A stretch of 32,000 nt of DNA, from assembly GCA_015256915.3 (NCBI GenBank), contig CP076101.2, forward strand, positions 540,001 through 572,000, read 5' to 3'. Numbering within the stretch: position 1 is the first letter of the stretch; every line of letters begins with the position of its first letter. This DNA is from Candidatus Saccharimonas sp. (lineage in GTDB: Bacteria; Patescibacteriota; Saccharimonadia; Saccharimonadales; Saccharimonadaceae). The notes under the pieces were generated by a model, which saw only the letters and a program-made list of their open reading frames with translations, had not been told where the DNA came from and did no database searches. Positions 8,491 through 18,121 of the stretch are shown one piece after another. The translations under genes and the position numbers were made by a program.

Positions 8491-9937
8491 TCAGGATTCA
8501 TTCAAAATATCAAGTATTTTATCCTTTCGAAGCTTAAAATCAATCAAAATAACTGCCAAAATTAAGCAAAAATAGCAAATTAGCATTTCGCTAAAGCCAA
8601 GGCTGATTTCTAACTGCGCTCCTTTGATTTTTGAAAATTCACCAATTATAAAAATTGAGTATTTTAAAATCAATTCTGCAATAAAGCCAAAAAAAATGAG
8701 CAATTGGCGAAAATATTGCAAAAATTCCCGTTAAAAAAGTTGCGAGCATCGCACTTGGTACAAACGGCAAAATTAGCATATTCGCAAATATTGATATTAC
8801 GCTTACTGTGCCAAAAGTAAAAATTATCAGAGGAAGTGTTGTAATTTGAGCACTAAAAGTTTCGAAAAATAATTTTAAAGCAGAATTTAGTTTTTCTGGC
8901 TTTTCGAAAAAGATTTTTTGTAATAGTGGCGAAAGAATCAAAACGCCAAAAAATGAAGCAAACGATAATTGCCAGCCTAGATTAAGTAGGTTCGAAGGTT
9001 CGAAAATTAAAGTTATCGCCGCTACAAAAGTTAGAAGAAAATATGCTCGAGTTTTTCTACCAAAATACCATAGAATTAAACCAAAAATCGCCACAATCCC
9101 CGCACGAATCATTGATGGCGTAAATCCAACCACAAAAACAAATCCTAAAACTAGTAAAATCGCTACAAATAAAGCTATCTTCCTTGAAATTTTATTAAAA
9201 ACTCGCTGGGCCGCCATCACTAAAACAGTTAAATTGTATCCACTCGCAACCACAATATGTGTTAAAGCTGTGATTGTTAAGGCTTTAGAAATCTCCTCCG
9301 GCAAAGAATTTTTTTGACCTAACAGATAGCCAAGACCCAAATCAACCTCTGGTGAAGGAATAGATTTTCGAACCCCTTCAGCGAAAGAATCTCGCATATC
9401 GCGGATAAAATCACTCTTTGGGGTAATTTTCATAAGTATTCCTCGATGAATTGAAATCACAAAGTCACCAAAACCGTCAGAAATTTTCCCCTTTATTAAA
9501 AGTTCATCACTCCTACGAATTTTCTGATTTGTTTTCAAGCTAATAAAAGCCTTTCCGTTAAATTGTTCGTTCAAAATTCCTACAACTTTTGCACGAATTT
9601 TTAAACTTCCATCCTCCTTAATATCTGGATCTTCAAGAACAACAGCTCGAACAGTTACATCTTTTTTAATATTTTGTGCGATCTTTAAATTTTCGAAATT
9701 ATAAACTGAGCCTCGCCACAAAGAAAGCAAAATTCCGGCGATCAAGACTAAAATTAAACAAAACTTTCGAGCAAAAATCCAAGAGAATAAGAATAAAATT
9801 GTTGCTAAAATTAGCCAAACAATTGATTTAAGACTTGTATTTTTCGAAAAAACTGAAAAAATAGCGCCAAAAATAATTCCACCAAAAAATACAAAATTAA
9901 GATAAAATCGGTGAATATGAGCTTTAGGTTTCATCAT
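8491..9937 (-). CDS. comEC: ComEC/Rec2 DNA-uptake channel (DUF4131 + competence domain, no beta-lactamase domain), split by a 1-nt frameshift at a T8 tract
   Basis: ORF 8639-9937 has ComEC topology and the motif TALTHIVVASGYNLTV. ORF 8491-8721 continues the same protein (GFIAELILKYSIFIIGEFSKIKGAQLEISLG...) if the T8 run (plus-strand A8 at 8689-8696) is read as T7. Confidence 0.75.
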
Positions 9938-11190
9938 TCTTGGAATTGACGTTTTTTATTTCGATAAATACGATAATTCACGAAAGTCATAGGTAAAGCT
10001 GCAAGACTTGAAATTAGAATCGTAATTTGCATCGATATTTTGCCCGAAGAGTCAACATTATTTAACGCAAAAAATAACCCTAAAAGTATAAATGAACTAA
10101 AAATTGAAGCAATATTTGTTCCTAATTCGTAGAGGAATAAATACTGAATTCGCATTCCAGATTCATCAGCTTCGCTATACAACCCCTTAAAATTTGCCAT
10201 ATTGAAGCCACTTAATGAAATTCCTGCGAATATTTCAGAAATTCCAATAGATATAGGGTTCATAAAAATGAAAGTTCGAATTGAATAAACTATTCCCAAA
10301 ATGATCGAATTGATCTTTAACAAACCACGCTCTTTATTTTTATCTATAATTTTACCGTAAATAAAAGCTGCTATCAATGCTGAAATTGAAGAAATAGAGG
10401 CTAAAACTCCAGCTGAGCCGTAAGAATTAATACCTTTAATTAAAAAGACTGGCGCAAAAAAGCTCCAAATAAATAAAGAATTCCACATCATTCCACAGCT
10501 AAAACAGATAACCAAAAAATGTTTATAATTCCGCCAAGGAAAACCTTTGAAGCTTAACTTTTTATTAATTTTAACTTTTTCTTTGGTTGTAAGCAGCGGA
10601 ATTGTAGTCAAAACCAATATAACAGATGAAATTATGAAAAGCTTCTCTACACCAAAAAATATCGCAAAAAAACCACCAATTGCAGGCGTAATACTGCTTG
10701 ATAAATTTTCTAGAATATACGCCCAACCAAGCTGTTTGCCAACTTTTTTAACATTTTTAGCTTTCGAAAAATTGACATTGTAAGAAAGATTTTCAATCGA
10801 AACTGAAATTCCTTTAAAAATAACACCTGTTAAAGCTACGATTAAGCCTAAATCCTTACCAAAAAGTTCCATTGAAGCCATTAAAACTAAAGCTGGGATA
10901 TACAAAATATTTGCAAGCAACATTCCATGCTTTGGACCATTTTTTGAAATATAGAAAAGAGCAATTATCGAACCTACAAATTTTGCAATATAATGAATTA
11001 AAATGCAAACGGGAATAATCCAAATTGAATGCACAAACTTATAGATATAAATTAGGCTAAAAGTGCTTGTTAATTTTACCGCGAAAACTCGCATATTTTT
11101 TGAAATATACAAAACAGCCATTTCATTAAAAGAAATATATTGCCAATAATTTCGAATTTTAAAAAATGGTTTTAATATTTTTTCAAGCAT
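9934..11190 (-). CDS. MFS-type transporter (about 12 TM helices)
   Basis: The 418-aa product is hydrophobic throughout, and its stop overlaps the comEC start by 4 nt. No specific family is recognised. Confidence 0.55.
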   Translation of the reverse strand: MLEKILKPFFKIRNYWQYISFNEMAVLYISKNMRVFAVKLTSTFSLIYIYKFVHSIWIIPVCILIHYIAKFVGSIIALFYISKNGPKHGMLLANILYIPALVLMASMELFGKDLGLIVALTGVIFKGISVSIENLSYNVNFSKAKNVKKVGKQLGWAYILENLSSSITPAIGGFFAIFFGVEKLFIISSVILVLTTIPLLTTKEKVKINKKLSFKGFPWRNYKHFLVICFSCGMMWNSLFIWSFFAPVFLIKGINSYGSAGVLASISSISALIAAFIYGKIIDKNKERGLLKINSIILGIVYSIRTFIFMNPISIGISEIFAGISLSGFNMANFKGLYSEADESGMRIQYLFLYELGTNIASIFSSFILLGLFFALNNVDSSGKISMQITILISSLAALPMTFVNYRIYRNKKRQFQE

Positions 11191-11275
11191 AAGTATTTAT
11201 ATTTTATCATATTTTACTAGCCTTAAAAAGGTTTAAAAGCTTTATTTTTAAATTAATAAGTGATAAAATTAAAGA

Positions 11276-12571
11276 ATGAATATTTATTTTTCTGGAATTG
11301 GTGGCGTTGGAATTGGCGCTCTTGCAAGTATCGCCCACAGCGCTGGCTATGGTATTTTTGGCAGCGACCAAAATTCAAGTTTAATGATTGAGGAGCTTTC
11401 AAAAAAAGATATTGAAATTGAAATCGGCAAACAAGATGGACATTTTTTAAAGCAAAAATTCATCGAAAACGGTATCGATTGGTTTGTTTATACTGCAGCC
11501 CTACCCAAAAATCATCCCGAACTTTTAATGGCAAAGAAATTAGGAATAAAAATTAGTAAACGTGACGAACTTTTGAACGAAATTATCAATTCAAAAAAAC
11601 TCAAACTTATAGCAATTTCCGGTACTCACGGTAAAACCACAACCACAGGAATGGCGATTTGGGCTTTTCAGCAATTAGGAATTCCAATAAGTTGGTCGAT
11701 TGGCACAACGATATCCTTTGGTTCTAGTGGTTTCTTCGACCCGGAAAGTGAATATTTTATCTATGAAGCTGATGAATTTGACCGAAACTTCTTGCATTTT
11801 ACGCCATCAGTTAGCTTAATCACTTCAATTGACCACGATCACACTGATATTTATAAAACTGAGAAAGATTATTTTGAAGCTTTCGTGGAATTTGGATCGC
11901 AAAGCGATTTTATTATTTCTTGGAGAGATCAACATCCAGAAATTTTCGAAAATCTAAAGAACAAGGTAATTTTATCTCAACCAGAAGAAAATATTAATCT
12001 TCCTGGCATCCACAATCGAAAAAATGCCAGTTTAGTTCTTGAAACTATTGATTATTTAGTTGAAACCCAAAATCTTAAGGCTCCAAAAGATTTTTATGAA
12101 AAAACAATTTTAGCATTAAATAATTTCCCTGGCACAAATCGCCGTTTCGAAAAAATAATAAACAACGTTTATTCTGATTACGGTCATCACCCAAAGGAAA
12201 TTCAATCAACGCTTCAAATGGCAAAAGAAATAGCTGAAAAGCAAGGATTTTCTGGAGTATCATTAATTTATCAACCGCATCAAAATATTCGACAAATTGA
12301 AGTTCAAGATGAATATACGCCAGAAATCTTTGAAAATGCCAATGAAGTTATTTGGCTACCAACATATTTAAGCCGTGAAAACCCAGATTTCGAAATACTT
12401 TCTCCAGAATTCCTTTCAAGGAAAATATCAGAAAAAACAACAATTTTAGATTTTTCAAATAATCCAAAAGAATTAATAGAGAAAATTTTAAGTTTAAAAG
12501 CAAAAAACCGATTAATTCTAGCAATGAGCGCTGGCTCACTTGATGGCTGGATTAGAAAAAATATCAAATAA
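11276..12571 (+). CDS. murC: UDP-N-acetylmuramate--L-alanine ligase (MurC/Mpl family)
   Basis: N-terminal FSGIGGVGIGALA Rossmann fold, ISGTHGKTTTTGM P-loop, DEFDRNF, and HNRKNA. Confidence 0.7.
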   Translation: MNIYFSGIGGVGIGALASIAHSAGYGIFGSDQNSSLMIEELSKKDIEIEIGKQDGHFLKQKFIENGIDWFVYTAALPKNHPELLMAKKLGIKISKRDELLNEIINSKKLKLIAISGTHGKTTTTGMAIWAFQQLGIPISWSIGTTISFGSSGFFDPESEYFIYEADEFDRNFLHFTPSVSLITSIDHDHTDIYKTEKDYFEAFVEFGSQSDFIISWRDQHPEIFENLKNKVILSQPEENINLPGIHNRKNASLVLETIDYLVETQNLKAPKDFYEKTILALNNFPGTNRRFEKIINNVYSDYGHHPKEIQSTLQMAKEIAEKQGFSGVSLIYQPHQNIRQIEVQDEYTPEIFENANEVIWLPTYLSRENPDFEILSPEFLSRKISEKTTILDFSNNPKELIEKILSLKAKNRLILAMSAGSLDGWIRKNIK

Positions 12572-12580
12572 TTTAATAAG

Positions 12581-12609
12581 ATTGCACCAAAAATATGGTG
12601 CAATTTTTA
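12581..12609 (+). terminator. Rho-independent terminator of murC
   Basis: attgcacc-aaaaatat-ggtgcaat 8-bp stem followed by TTTTT. Confidence 0.7.
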
Positions 12610-12620
12610 CAAAATAAAAA

Positions 12621-12638
12621 AGCGGAAAAAAAACCGCT
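12621..12638 (-). terminator. Weak terminator after tRNA-Leu
   Basis: agcgg-A8-ccgct. On the minus strand it is followed by TTTTTATTTT. Confidence 0.35.
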
Positions 12639-12649
12639 TAAAATTCAAA

Positions 12650-12736
12650 TGGTGCGCACGAGAAGACTTGAACTTCCACGAGCCGAAGCTCACTAGCCCC
12701 TCAAGCTAGCGCGTCTACCAATTCCGCCACGCGCGC
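12650..12736 (-). tRNA. tRNA-Leu (anticodon GAG), type II with long variable arm, CCA encoded
   Basis: The reverse complement is GCGCGCG-TG-GCGG..CTAGC-TTGAGGG-GCTAG, with variable arm GAGC-TTCG-GCTC and T arm GGAAG-TTCAAGT-CTTCT. A TTTACA-17-TATAAT promoter lies just upstream, at 12743-12771. Confidence 0.9.
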
Positions 12737-12760
12737 AAAACCATTTTAATTATATCAAAA

Positions 12761-14599
12761 CTACGGCGTCTTGTAAAGAGTTGATTTTGAAGCAGACCAA
12801 TATATTACATCTGCATATCTATTGAGTTCTGTTACAAAAGTATTATTTACTGAATATGGCTGAACTGATTTTCGAAAAACATAACTTGTTTTAGTCTGAC
12901 CAAGACCAATGGCAACCGAATTAGCTAACCAACGTTGAGTAAATTTAGTTATTTGCAACTTTTTCTCATTCGAGCTTTGAGCGGTTCTTGAATTTAGCAA
13001 AAGATCATCAGCAACAGCATCATTATAATTTGAGAAGTTCAACCCCTTTTGCCCAGATTGTGAAGAATGCCAAAAAGCGTATATATCAGGATCGGCGCCA
13101 AGATCAATCTCATAAACCAAAATACTATAGTTTCTTGGCTGGAGTATTGATTGAACGAAAGCTCCGGTTTTATCATCTTTATCAATTATCGTTAACTTTG
13201 CATCAAATCCGAGTTTTTTAAGCTGACTCTCAATTTCTTCAGCAGCTTTCTTATAGTTATAGACACTAGTTGTTGCAATATTTAAAATAGCTGTCTTACC
13301 ATCTTTTTCTAAAATACCGTTAGAGTTTTTCTTCCAGCCAGCTTCATCTAATATTTTTTGCGCTTGATCGAAATCATATTTAGGAATGCTCAAATCTTTA
13401 GTATTCAAAAACTGATTCAAAGTTGGAAAATCAAGTTTATCAACAAATTCCATTTCTTTTCGAACTTTCGAAATATCAACCCCAGTTTGAATAGCTTTTC
13501 GAACCTTTAAATCTTTCAAAACCGAATCAGAATTATTCAAAAAAGCATAAATTCCACGATTAACATTAGTTTCTCGAGATTTTAATTTATCCCGCTCAGA
13601 TTCTGAAAACTCACTAATTTTAAGACTTGGCGATGCAACAATCTCACCAGAGATCAAAGCATTTTTAAGTTTAGCTTCATCTTTAAAGGCAACAATGTCA
13701 AAGTTATCAATATAGGCCTCACCCTTATAATATCGCTTGTTTTTAACTAATGAAATAGTAGTTTTATCACCATCATTCTGAACAGATTTAAAATTAAATG
13801 CACCAGAAGTTATTGGATTCTTCGAAAAAGCGCTTTCGCGGATCTTCTCTATTTGAATATCTTTTAAAATATGCTCTGGCAATATTGAAAAATTAAAACT
13901 ATACAAAACAGAAGAAGAACTTGACGGCACTTTAACGCTAAATTCATAATCACTATTTTTCGAAATCTCAACGTTTTTCCAGGCTTTAAAACCAGAAGGA
14001 TTAATTGATTGCTCCCTCAATAGTTTTATAGTGAAAATTACATCATTAGCTGTTATTTTTCGGCCATCAGACCAAACGGCATTGTTCCGCATTTTAATTT
14101 TAAAGTTTTTATAATTGTCAGATGTTGAAACGCTTTCAGCTAAATCGCCCTTCAAATTTCCCGTTTCATCAATATCATAAATACGAGAAAAAGCAATTTG
14201 TTCGAAAGATCTTTCAGTATTAGTCGAGGTAAATAAAGGATTCAAGGTTTTAACTTCGCCCAAAATTCCTTCTGAATAAGTTCCTCCTCTATAAAAAATA
14301 TTCTCACTATAGTTTTCGACACTTAACCCGCGAAAAATACCAACAGAAAAAATCAAAATAGATACAACACAGATCCAAGAAATAACAATTTTTCGAACAT
14401 TTGATAAATTCTCAAAACGACCAAAAAACATTTTTTTCGTGTGAGAAGTTATAGCCTTTTCAACTAGATCTGCTCTTTCAGCTAAAGTAACCTTATTATT
14501 AAAAGTTTGAATTGTTTTATTTTTCGATACCTGATCTCTATTTTTTTGAGAAATAGCAGAAACTCGTCTAACCTTTTTAGGGCTATTTTTAAAGTCCAT
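12761..14599 (-). CDS. ABC transporter substrate-binding protein, family 5 (peptide/nickel type), with an N-terminal TM anchor after a ~70-aa cytoplasmic extension
   Basis: The 612-aa product has an SBP_bac_5-like body (e.g. WSDGRKITANDVIFT, DPDIYAFWHSSQ) and a TM segment IVISWICVVSILIFSVGIF. An AAAGGAG Shine-Dalgarno sequence is present. Confidence 0.7.
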   Translation of the reverse strand: MDFKNSPKKVRRVSAISQKNRDQVSKNKTIQTFNNKVTLAERADLVEKAITSHTKKMFFGRFENLSNVRKIVISWICVVSILIFSVGIFRGLSVENYSENIFYRGGTYSEGILGEVKTLNPLFTSTNTERSFEQIAFSRIYDIDETGNLKGDLAESVSTSDNYKNFKIKMRNNAVWSDGRKITANDVIFTIKLLREQSINPSGFKAWKNVEISKNSDYEFSVKVPSSSSSVLYSFNFSILPEHILKDIQIEKIRESAFSKNPITSGAFNFKSVQNDGDKTTISLVKNKRYYKGEAYIDNFDIVAFKDEAKLKNALISGEIVASPSLKISEFSESERDKLKSRETNVNRGIYAFLNNSDSVLKDLKVRKAIQTGVDISKVRKEMEFVDKLDFPTLNQFLNTKDLSIPKYDFDQAQKILDEAGWKKNSNGILEKDGKTAILNIATTSVYNYKKAAEEIESQLKKLGFDAKLTIIDKDDKTGAFVQSILQPRNYSILVYEIDLGADPDIYAFWHSSQSGQKGLNFSNYNDAVADDLLLNSRTAQSSNEKKLQITKFTQRWLANSVAIGLGQTKTSYVFRKSVQPYSVNNTFVTELNRYADVIYWSASKSTLYKTP

Positions 14600-14611
14600 T
14601 AAAACTCCTTT

Positions 14612-14839
14612 TTATTTAGGCAAAAGCAAAGTTGTAAGAATTGATGCAACAAAAATAAATGCAAAGAAAACTGTTGCCCGAAAAATACTCTTTTCAACAC
14701 CGCGTCGCTCAGTATAAAGCTCGCCAGAAGCCCCAAACCCTGCCCCTAAAGTTGCTCCTCGTTGTTGTAAAAGCACTAAAATCATCATTAAAACACCAGA
14801 AATAACAGTTGAAAACTGTAAAATAATATCAATATTCAC
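14612..14839 (-). CDS. secG: Preprotein translocase subunit SecG
   Basis: The 75-aa product has two TM helices and the motif LLQQRGATLGAGFGASG. Confidence 0.8.
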   Translation of the reverse strand: MNIDIILQFSTVISGVLMMILVLLQQRGATLGAGFGASGELYTERRGVEKSIFRATVFFAFIFVASILTTLLLPK

Positions 14840-15210
14840 TATAAAATCTCCTTTTCATCTTCAATTCTTAAAAATTGACTCAAACTATAATTTAGCAAGC
14901 TCATAGCCGCTCCTACAATTACAGAATTCCAAAATCCAATTGAAATATTTGGTGCTAAAAGTATCGAAATCCAAACAATCATACCATTAACTATCAGTGT
15001 AAAAAAACCAAAAGTCAAAATAATCATTGGAAGTGATAAAATTGTAAGAATAGTTTTAAGTGTGCTATTTACAATTGAAAAAATTAAACCAGCAAGAAAG
15101 AAAGTTCCCGCACTGTGGTTGCTAACATTTCCAAAAATAGAAATTAAAATCCATAATAAGAAACTATTCAAAAACCACCGATTTATAAATTCTATCAATT
15201 GCTTCTTCAC
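14839..15210 (-). CDS. DUF360 / phage-holin-family-4-like membrane protein (start uncertain)
   Basis: Four TM helices, with GLIFSIVNSTLKTILTILSLPMIILTFGFFTLIVNG. I prefer the GTG at 15210 because a TGATAAAAT box sits 7 nt upstream. The ORF track extends the ORF to 15249. Confidence 0.6.
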   Translation of the reverse strand: MKKQLIEFINRWFLNSFLLWILISIFGNVSNHSAGTFFLAGLIFSIVNSTLKTILTILSLPMIILTFGFFTLIVNGMIVWISILLAPNISIGFWNSVIVGAAMSLLNYSLSQFLRIEDEKEIL

Positions 15211-15273
15211 ATATATAATTTTATCATATTTTAGCAATAAAAAAAACACCTTTTGGTGAATTTTCTAATATAT

Positions 15274-15350
15274 TGGAGGGTCTGATGGGGCTTGAACCCA
15301 TGACACCCTGCTTAAAAGGCAGGTGCTCTAACCAGCTGAGCTACAGACCC
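15274..15350 (-). tRNA. tRNA-Lys (anticodon UUU), CCA encoded
   Basis: The reverse complement is GGGTCTG-TA-GCTC..CCTGC-CTTTTAA-GCAGG..ATGGG-TTCAAGC-CCCAT-CAGACCC-T-CCA. Confidence 0.9.
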
Positions 15351-15370
15351 ACTCACTGAATACATATTAA

Positions 15371-15399
15371 AGTATATATCAATTATTTTTAAAAGTCAA
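15371..15399 (-). promoter_or_regulatory. Promoter for tRNA-Lys
   Basis: Minus strand: TTGACT, a 17-nt spacer, then TATACT. It sits inside a 20-nt block that is identical upstream of tRNA-fMet. Confidence 0.55.
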
Positions 15400-15860
15400 G
15401 GGTTTTTCTCAATTTTCTTAAATTTAAATGAGGTTATATTTAAAATAGAAAAAATAACTCCCGCCAAAATGACCCAACTAGCCCATTTTTCAAGCGGCTG
15501 CGAAATACTTTTCGAAAGTAAATCTGGTAAAAAAACTTTTTCGAAATACGAAAGTGACACTAAATATGTAAAAATCGCTGAAAATATCGAAGAAAGTATA
15601 CCAAAAAGCCATTTTTCTTGTTTTGGATTTTTTGCTAAAATTACCAAAGCTGGTGCTAAAATTAAAAACAAACCAACAATTCCGCTCAAAGTTGATTCTG
15701 GAATTACTAAATTTGAAGTTGTTAAAAAAATAGTAATATCTTTATTCCAATATCTATTCAAAACAATTCCCGCGAGAATAATAAGATTAAAATAGCCCAT
15801 TTTACGCCGAGAGAGCGTTAGGAAAATTGAAAGAATTACAATAAAAATAATTGCTGTCAT
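15396..15860 (-). CDS. Hypothetical integral membrane protein (154 aa, about 5 TM helices)
   Basis: Long ORF with a hydrophobic profile. A TGCTATAAT box lies 6 nt upstream of the ATG. No family is recognised. Confidence 0.5.
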   Translation of the reverse strand: MTAIIFIVILSIFLTLSRRKMGYFNLIILAGIVLNRYWNKDITIFLTTSNLVIPESTLSGIVGLFLILAPALVILAKNPKQEKWLFGILSSIFSAIFTYLVSLSYFEKVFLPDLLSKSISQPLEKWASWVILAGVIFSILNITSFKFKKIEKNP

Positions 15861-15944
15861 AGCAATATTATAGCATAAGCTATAAGGATGCTCAAATTAT
15901 TTTATAAAAATAAAACAACCGTGCTAATATATTACCTCATAAAA

Positions 15945-15971
15945 TAGCCGAGCTATTAAATAACTCGGCTA
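15945..15971 (-). terminator. Terminator after dnaJ
   Basis: tagccgag/ctcggcta 8-bp stem with an 11-nt loop. On the minus strand it is followed by ATTTTAT. Confidence 0.55.
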
Positions 15972-15976
15972 ACTAC

Positions 15977-17077
15977 TTAAAATAATGATTTTTTAGATTT
16001 CTTAAATTCTGCCAAAAGTTCTTTTTGTTTTTTCGAAAGCTTTGTAGGAGTTTCAACAATAATCGTCACAATTTGAGCACCTCTTCTTTCAGTTCGAAGG
16101 TTGGGTACACCGTGGCCCGAAAGCTTAAAATCAGTATGGCTTTGTGTTCCGGCTGGAATCTTCATCGTTAGCATTCCATCAATCGTTTCAACCTCAATTT
16201 CAGCACCAAGTGCAGCGTCAATCATTGAAATTCTCTCTTCGCTTAAAATTAAATCACCTTCACGCGTAAATTTTTTATCAGCCTTAACATAGATGTTTAC
16301 ATATAAATCACCTTTTTCACCACCTTTAATTGCTTCACCACGACCAGAAAGTCGAATTGTTGCGCCATCGTCAATTCCTGCTGGAATTTTAAGCTTTATT
16401 GTTTGCTTTTTACGCAAGATTCCAGCACCACGGCAAACTGAACAATTTTGCTTTGGAATCTCACCACGACCATCACAAGTTGGGCAAGTTATAGTTTGTT
16501 GAATTGGACCAAAAAGAGTTTGAGTGGCGCGAGTTTGCTGACCGCTTCCATTACAATCTGGACATTTTTGCATTCCGTGACCAGGCTCTGCGCCTGAACC
16601 ATCACAATGCTCGCACTCATCATCTAGATTTAATGAAATTTCAGTTTCAGTCCCAAAAACTGCCTCTTTAAAATTCAAAGTTAGATCTACTTCAACATCG
16701 CGGCCTTTTTTATTTTTCGAACCACGACCATTCGAAAATCCACCGCCAAAAATTCCGTCAAAAATATCACCAAATCCACCGCCAAAATCAAAATTAACAT
16801 TCTGGCCTGAAAATCCGCTAAAACCTTCAAAAGGACTTCCACCAGAAAACCCACCAGAGTTTCCACCAACACCTGCGTGACCAAACTGATCATAGCGTTG
16901 TCGCTTTTCTTTATCTTTTAAAACTTCATAAGCTTCATTAACCTCTTTGAAAGCCTTTTCATCACCACCTTTATCTGGGTGAAGTTCAACTGCTTTTTTT
17001 CGAAAAGCCTTTTTAATTTCATCAGCACTGGCGTCTTTTTTTACACCTAAAATATCATAATAATCTGTTTTGCTCAT
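15977..17077 (-). CDS. dnaJ: Molecular chaperone DnaJ
   Basis: J-domain (DYYDILGV...HPDK), a G/F-rich region, and four CxxCxGxG zinc-finger repeats. Confidence 0.95.
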   Translation of the reverse strand: MSKTDYYDILGVKKDASADEIKKAFRKKAVELHPDKGGDEKAFKEVNEAYEVLKDKEKRQRYDQFGHAGVGGNSGGFSGGSPFEGFSGFSGQNVNFDFGGGFGDIFDGIFGGGFSNGRGSKNKKGRDVEVDLTLNFKEAVFGTETEISLNLDDECEHCDGSGAEPGHGMQKCPDCNGSGQQTRATQTLFGPIQQTITCPTCDGRGEIPKQNCSVCRGAGILRKKQTIKLKIPAGIDDGATIRLSGRGEAIKGGEKGDLYVNIYVKADKKFTREGDLILSEERISMIDAALGAEIEVETIDGMLTMKIPAGTQSHTDFKLSGHGVPNLRTERRGAQIVTIIVETPTKLSKKQKELLAEFKKSKKSLF

Positions 17078-17095
17078 ATAATATATTATAGCAAA

Positions 17096-17122
17096 TTAGC
17101 ACTTGAAGTGCAAGAGTGCTAA
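17096..17122. promoter_or_regulatory. CIRCE operator (HrcA binding site) directly upstream of dnaJ
   Basis: TTAGCACTT-GAAGTGCAA-GAGTGCTAA, against the consensus TTAGCACTC-N9-GAGTGCTAA. It overlaps the TAG stop of the upstream 106-aa ORF. Confidence 0.9.
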
Positions 17123-17439
17123 TTATTATTTTCAATATTTTTTAGCTTAAATTCCAGCCCATCAATCTGAACGTCAATTTCATAAAATTTTGAATCGTAT
17201 GCACGCATTTTATCTTCAAAAATGCCACTCATTGATTCGTAAATATCCTGATTATCCATTTCATCTCTATTAGCATTGCGCATATATTGAAGCTCCTCGC
17301 GCATTTGTTTTTCAAGATCTAGTCTCTGCTCTTCAAGCATTTGAATTTGCGCCTCAATCACTGCCCGTCGGTCCTCCACTGTAATTTCCCAGCCAGTTTC
17401 TTTGTTTTCATTTTGATTATTTTGATTAAAATTTTCCAT
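17119..17439 (-). CDS. Hypothetical acidic coiled-coil protein (106 aa)
   Basis: ORF between dnaK and dnaJ with heptad-like E/Q/L-rich sequence. A TGATATAAT box lies 7 nt upstream of the ATG. Confidence 0.5.
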   Translation of the reverse strand: MENFNQNNQNENKETGWEITVEDRRAVIEAQIQMLEEQRLDLEKQMREELQYMRNANRDEMDNQDIYESMSGIFEDKMRAYDSKFYEIDVQIDGLEFKLKNIENNN

Positions 17440-17478
17440 AGACTATATTATATCACCAAACCAGCTTTTCATCAAAAA

Positions 17479-17646
17479 TTATTCCGATTTTTTCTTAGAA
17501 TTTTCTTTAATTACACTCTCAATATAGCCGTTTAAATTATTGTCAATCCGATTAATTTCAAAAGTTAGATAAGCTAACCATCCAAATATAATTAATGTCA
17601 AAATAACAGTAATAAGTTTTTTGTCATTTTTATCAATAAATTTCAT
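17479..17646 (-). CDS. Small single-pass membrane protein (55 aa; below the ORF-track cutoff)
   Basis: MKFIDKNDKKLITVILTLIIFGWLAYLTFEINRIDNNLNGYIESVIKENSKKKSE. A GAGGAG Shine-Dalgarno sequence lies 8 nt upstream. Confidence 0.5.
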   Translation of the reverse strand: MKFIDKNDKKLITVILTLIIFGWLAYLTFEINRIDNNLNGYIESVIKENSKKKSE

Positions 17647-17685
17647 ATAAATACTCCTCGATTAAATAGCCCACCCTTATAAAAG

Positions 17686-18039
17686 CTATTTAACAGTAAC
17701 CGCAACCGCATCGTGCGGAACATAAACATTTCGAGTAAATCTACCCATATTTATTTTACCAAATATCGTTCTATAGTAAAAAACTCCTGAAACCTGAACC
17801 GTAGTTCCCCTGTTCACCCTTAATCTTCTTGTCGAAAAATCCCTCCATTGCTGAGGGCCATTATAGGAAGGGACCGCATCAAAAAGATTCGAAACTATAA
17901 CATTCTGGTGAAAGAATGTACTACCGGCCAAGCTATTATCGAGATGAAAAGTAACATCACGAGTATCTGCCTTAGCTACAGAAGAGAAACCAAGAAGTGA
18001 TAAAATAACCACTCCAGCAATAAATATCTTTTTAACCAT
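17686..18039 (-). CDS. Hypothetical secreted protein (118 aa from the preferred start)
   Basis: Signal-peptide-like N-terminus MVKKIFIAGVVILSLLGFSSVAKA-DT, with an AGAGG Shine-Dalgarno sequence. A TTGATT-17-TAGAAT promoter lies at 18088-18116. Confidence 0.55.
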   Translation of the reverse strand: MVKKIFIAGVVILSLLGFSSVAKADTRDVTFHLDNSLAGSTFFHQNVIVSNLFDAVPSYNGPQQWRDFSTRRLRVNRGTTVQVSGVFYYRTIFGKINMGRFTRNVYVPHDAVAVTVK

Positions 18040-18121
18040 AGAAATACCTCTTTCTAAAAGTGCGAGCATCGGGTGAGCGTATCTTCATTCTATCAAACAA
18101 AATTAAAAAAATCAATACGCA

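Noticed and set aside
8491-8721. The 76-aa ORF considered as a separate small membrane protein downstream of comEC.
   Set aside because: It overlaps the comEC 3' end, lacks its own start signals, and reads as the ComEC C-terminal segment once the T8 tract is shortened by one base.
14839-15249. The DUF360 'phage holin family 4' gene considered as evidence of a prophage or lysis cassette.
   Set aside because: It is a single gene translationally coupled to secG and flanked by a tRNA and housekeeping genes. This family is widespread as a chromosomal membrane protein, and there are no endolysin or phage genes nearby.
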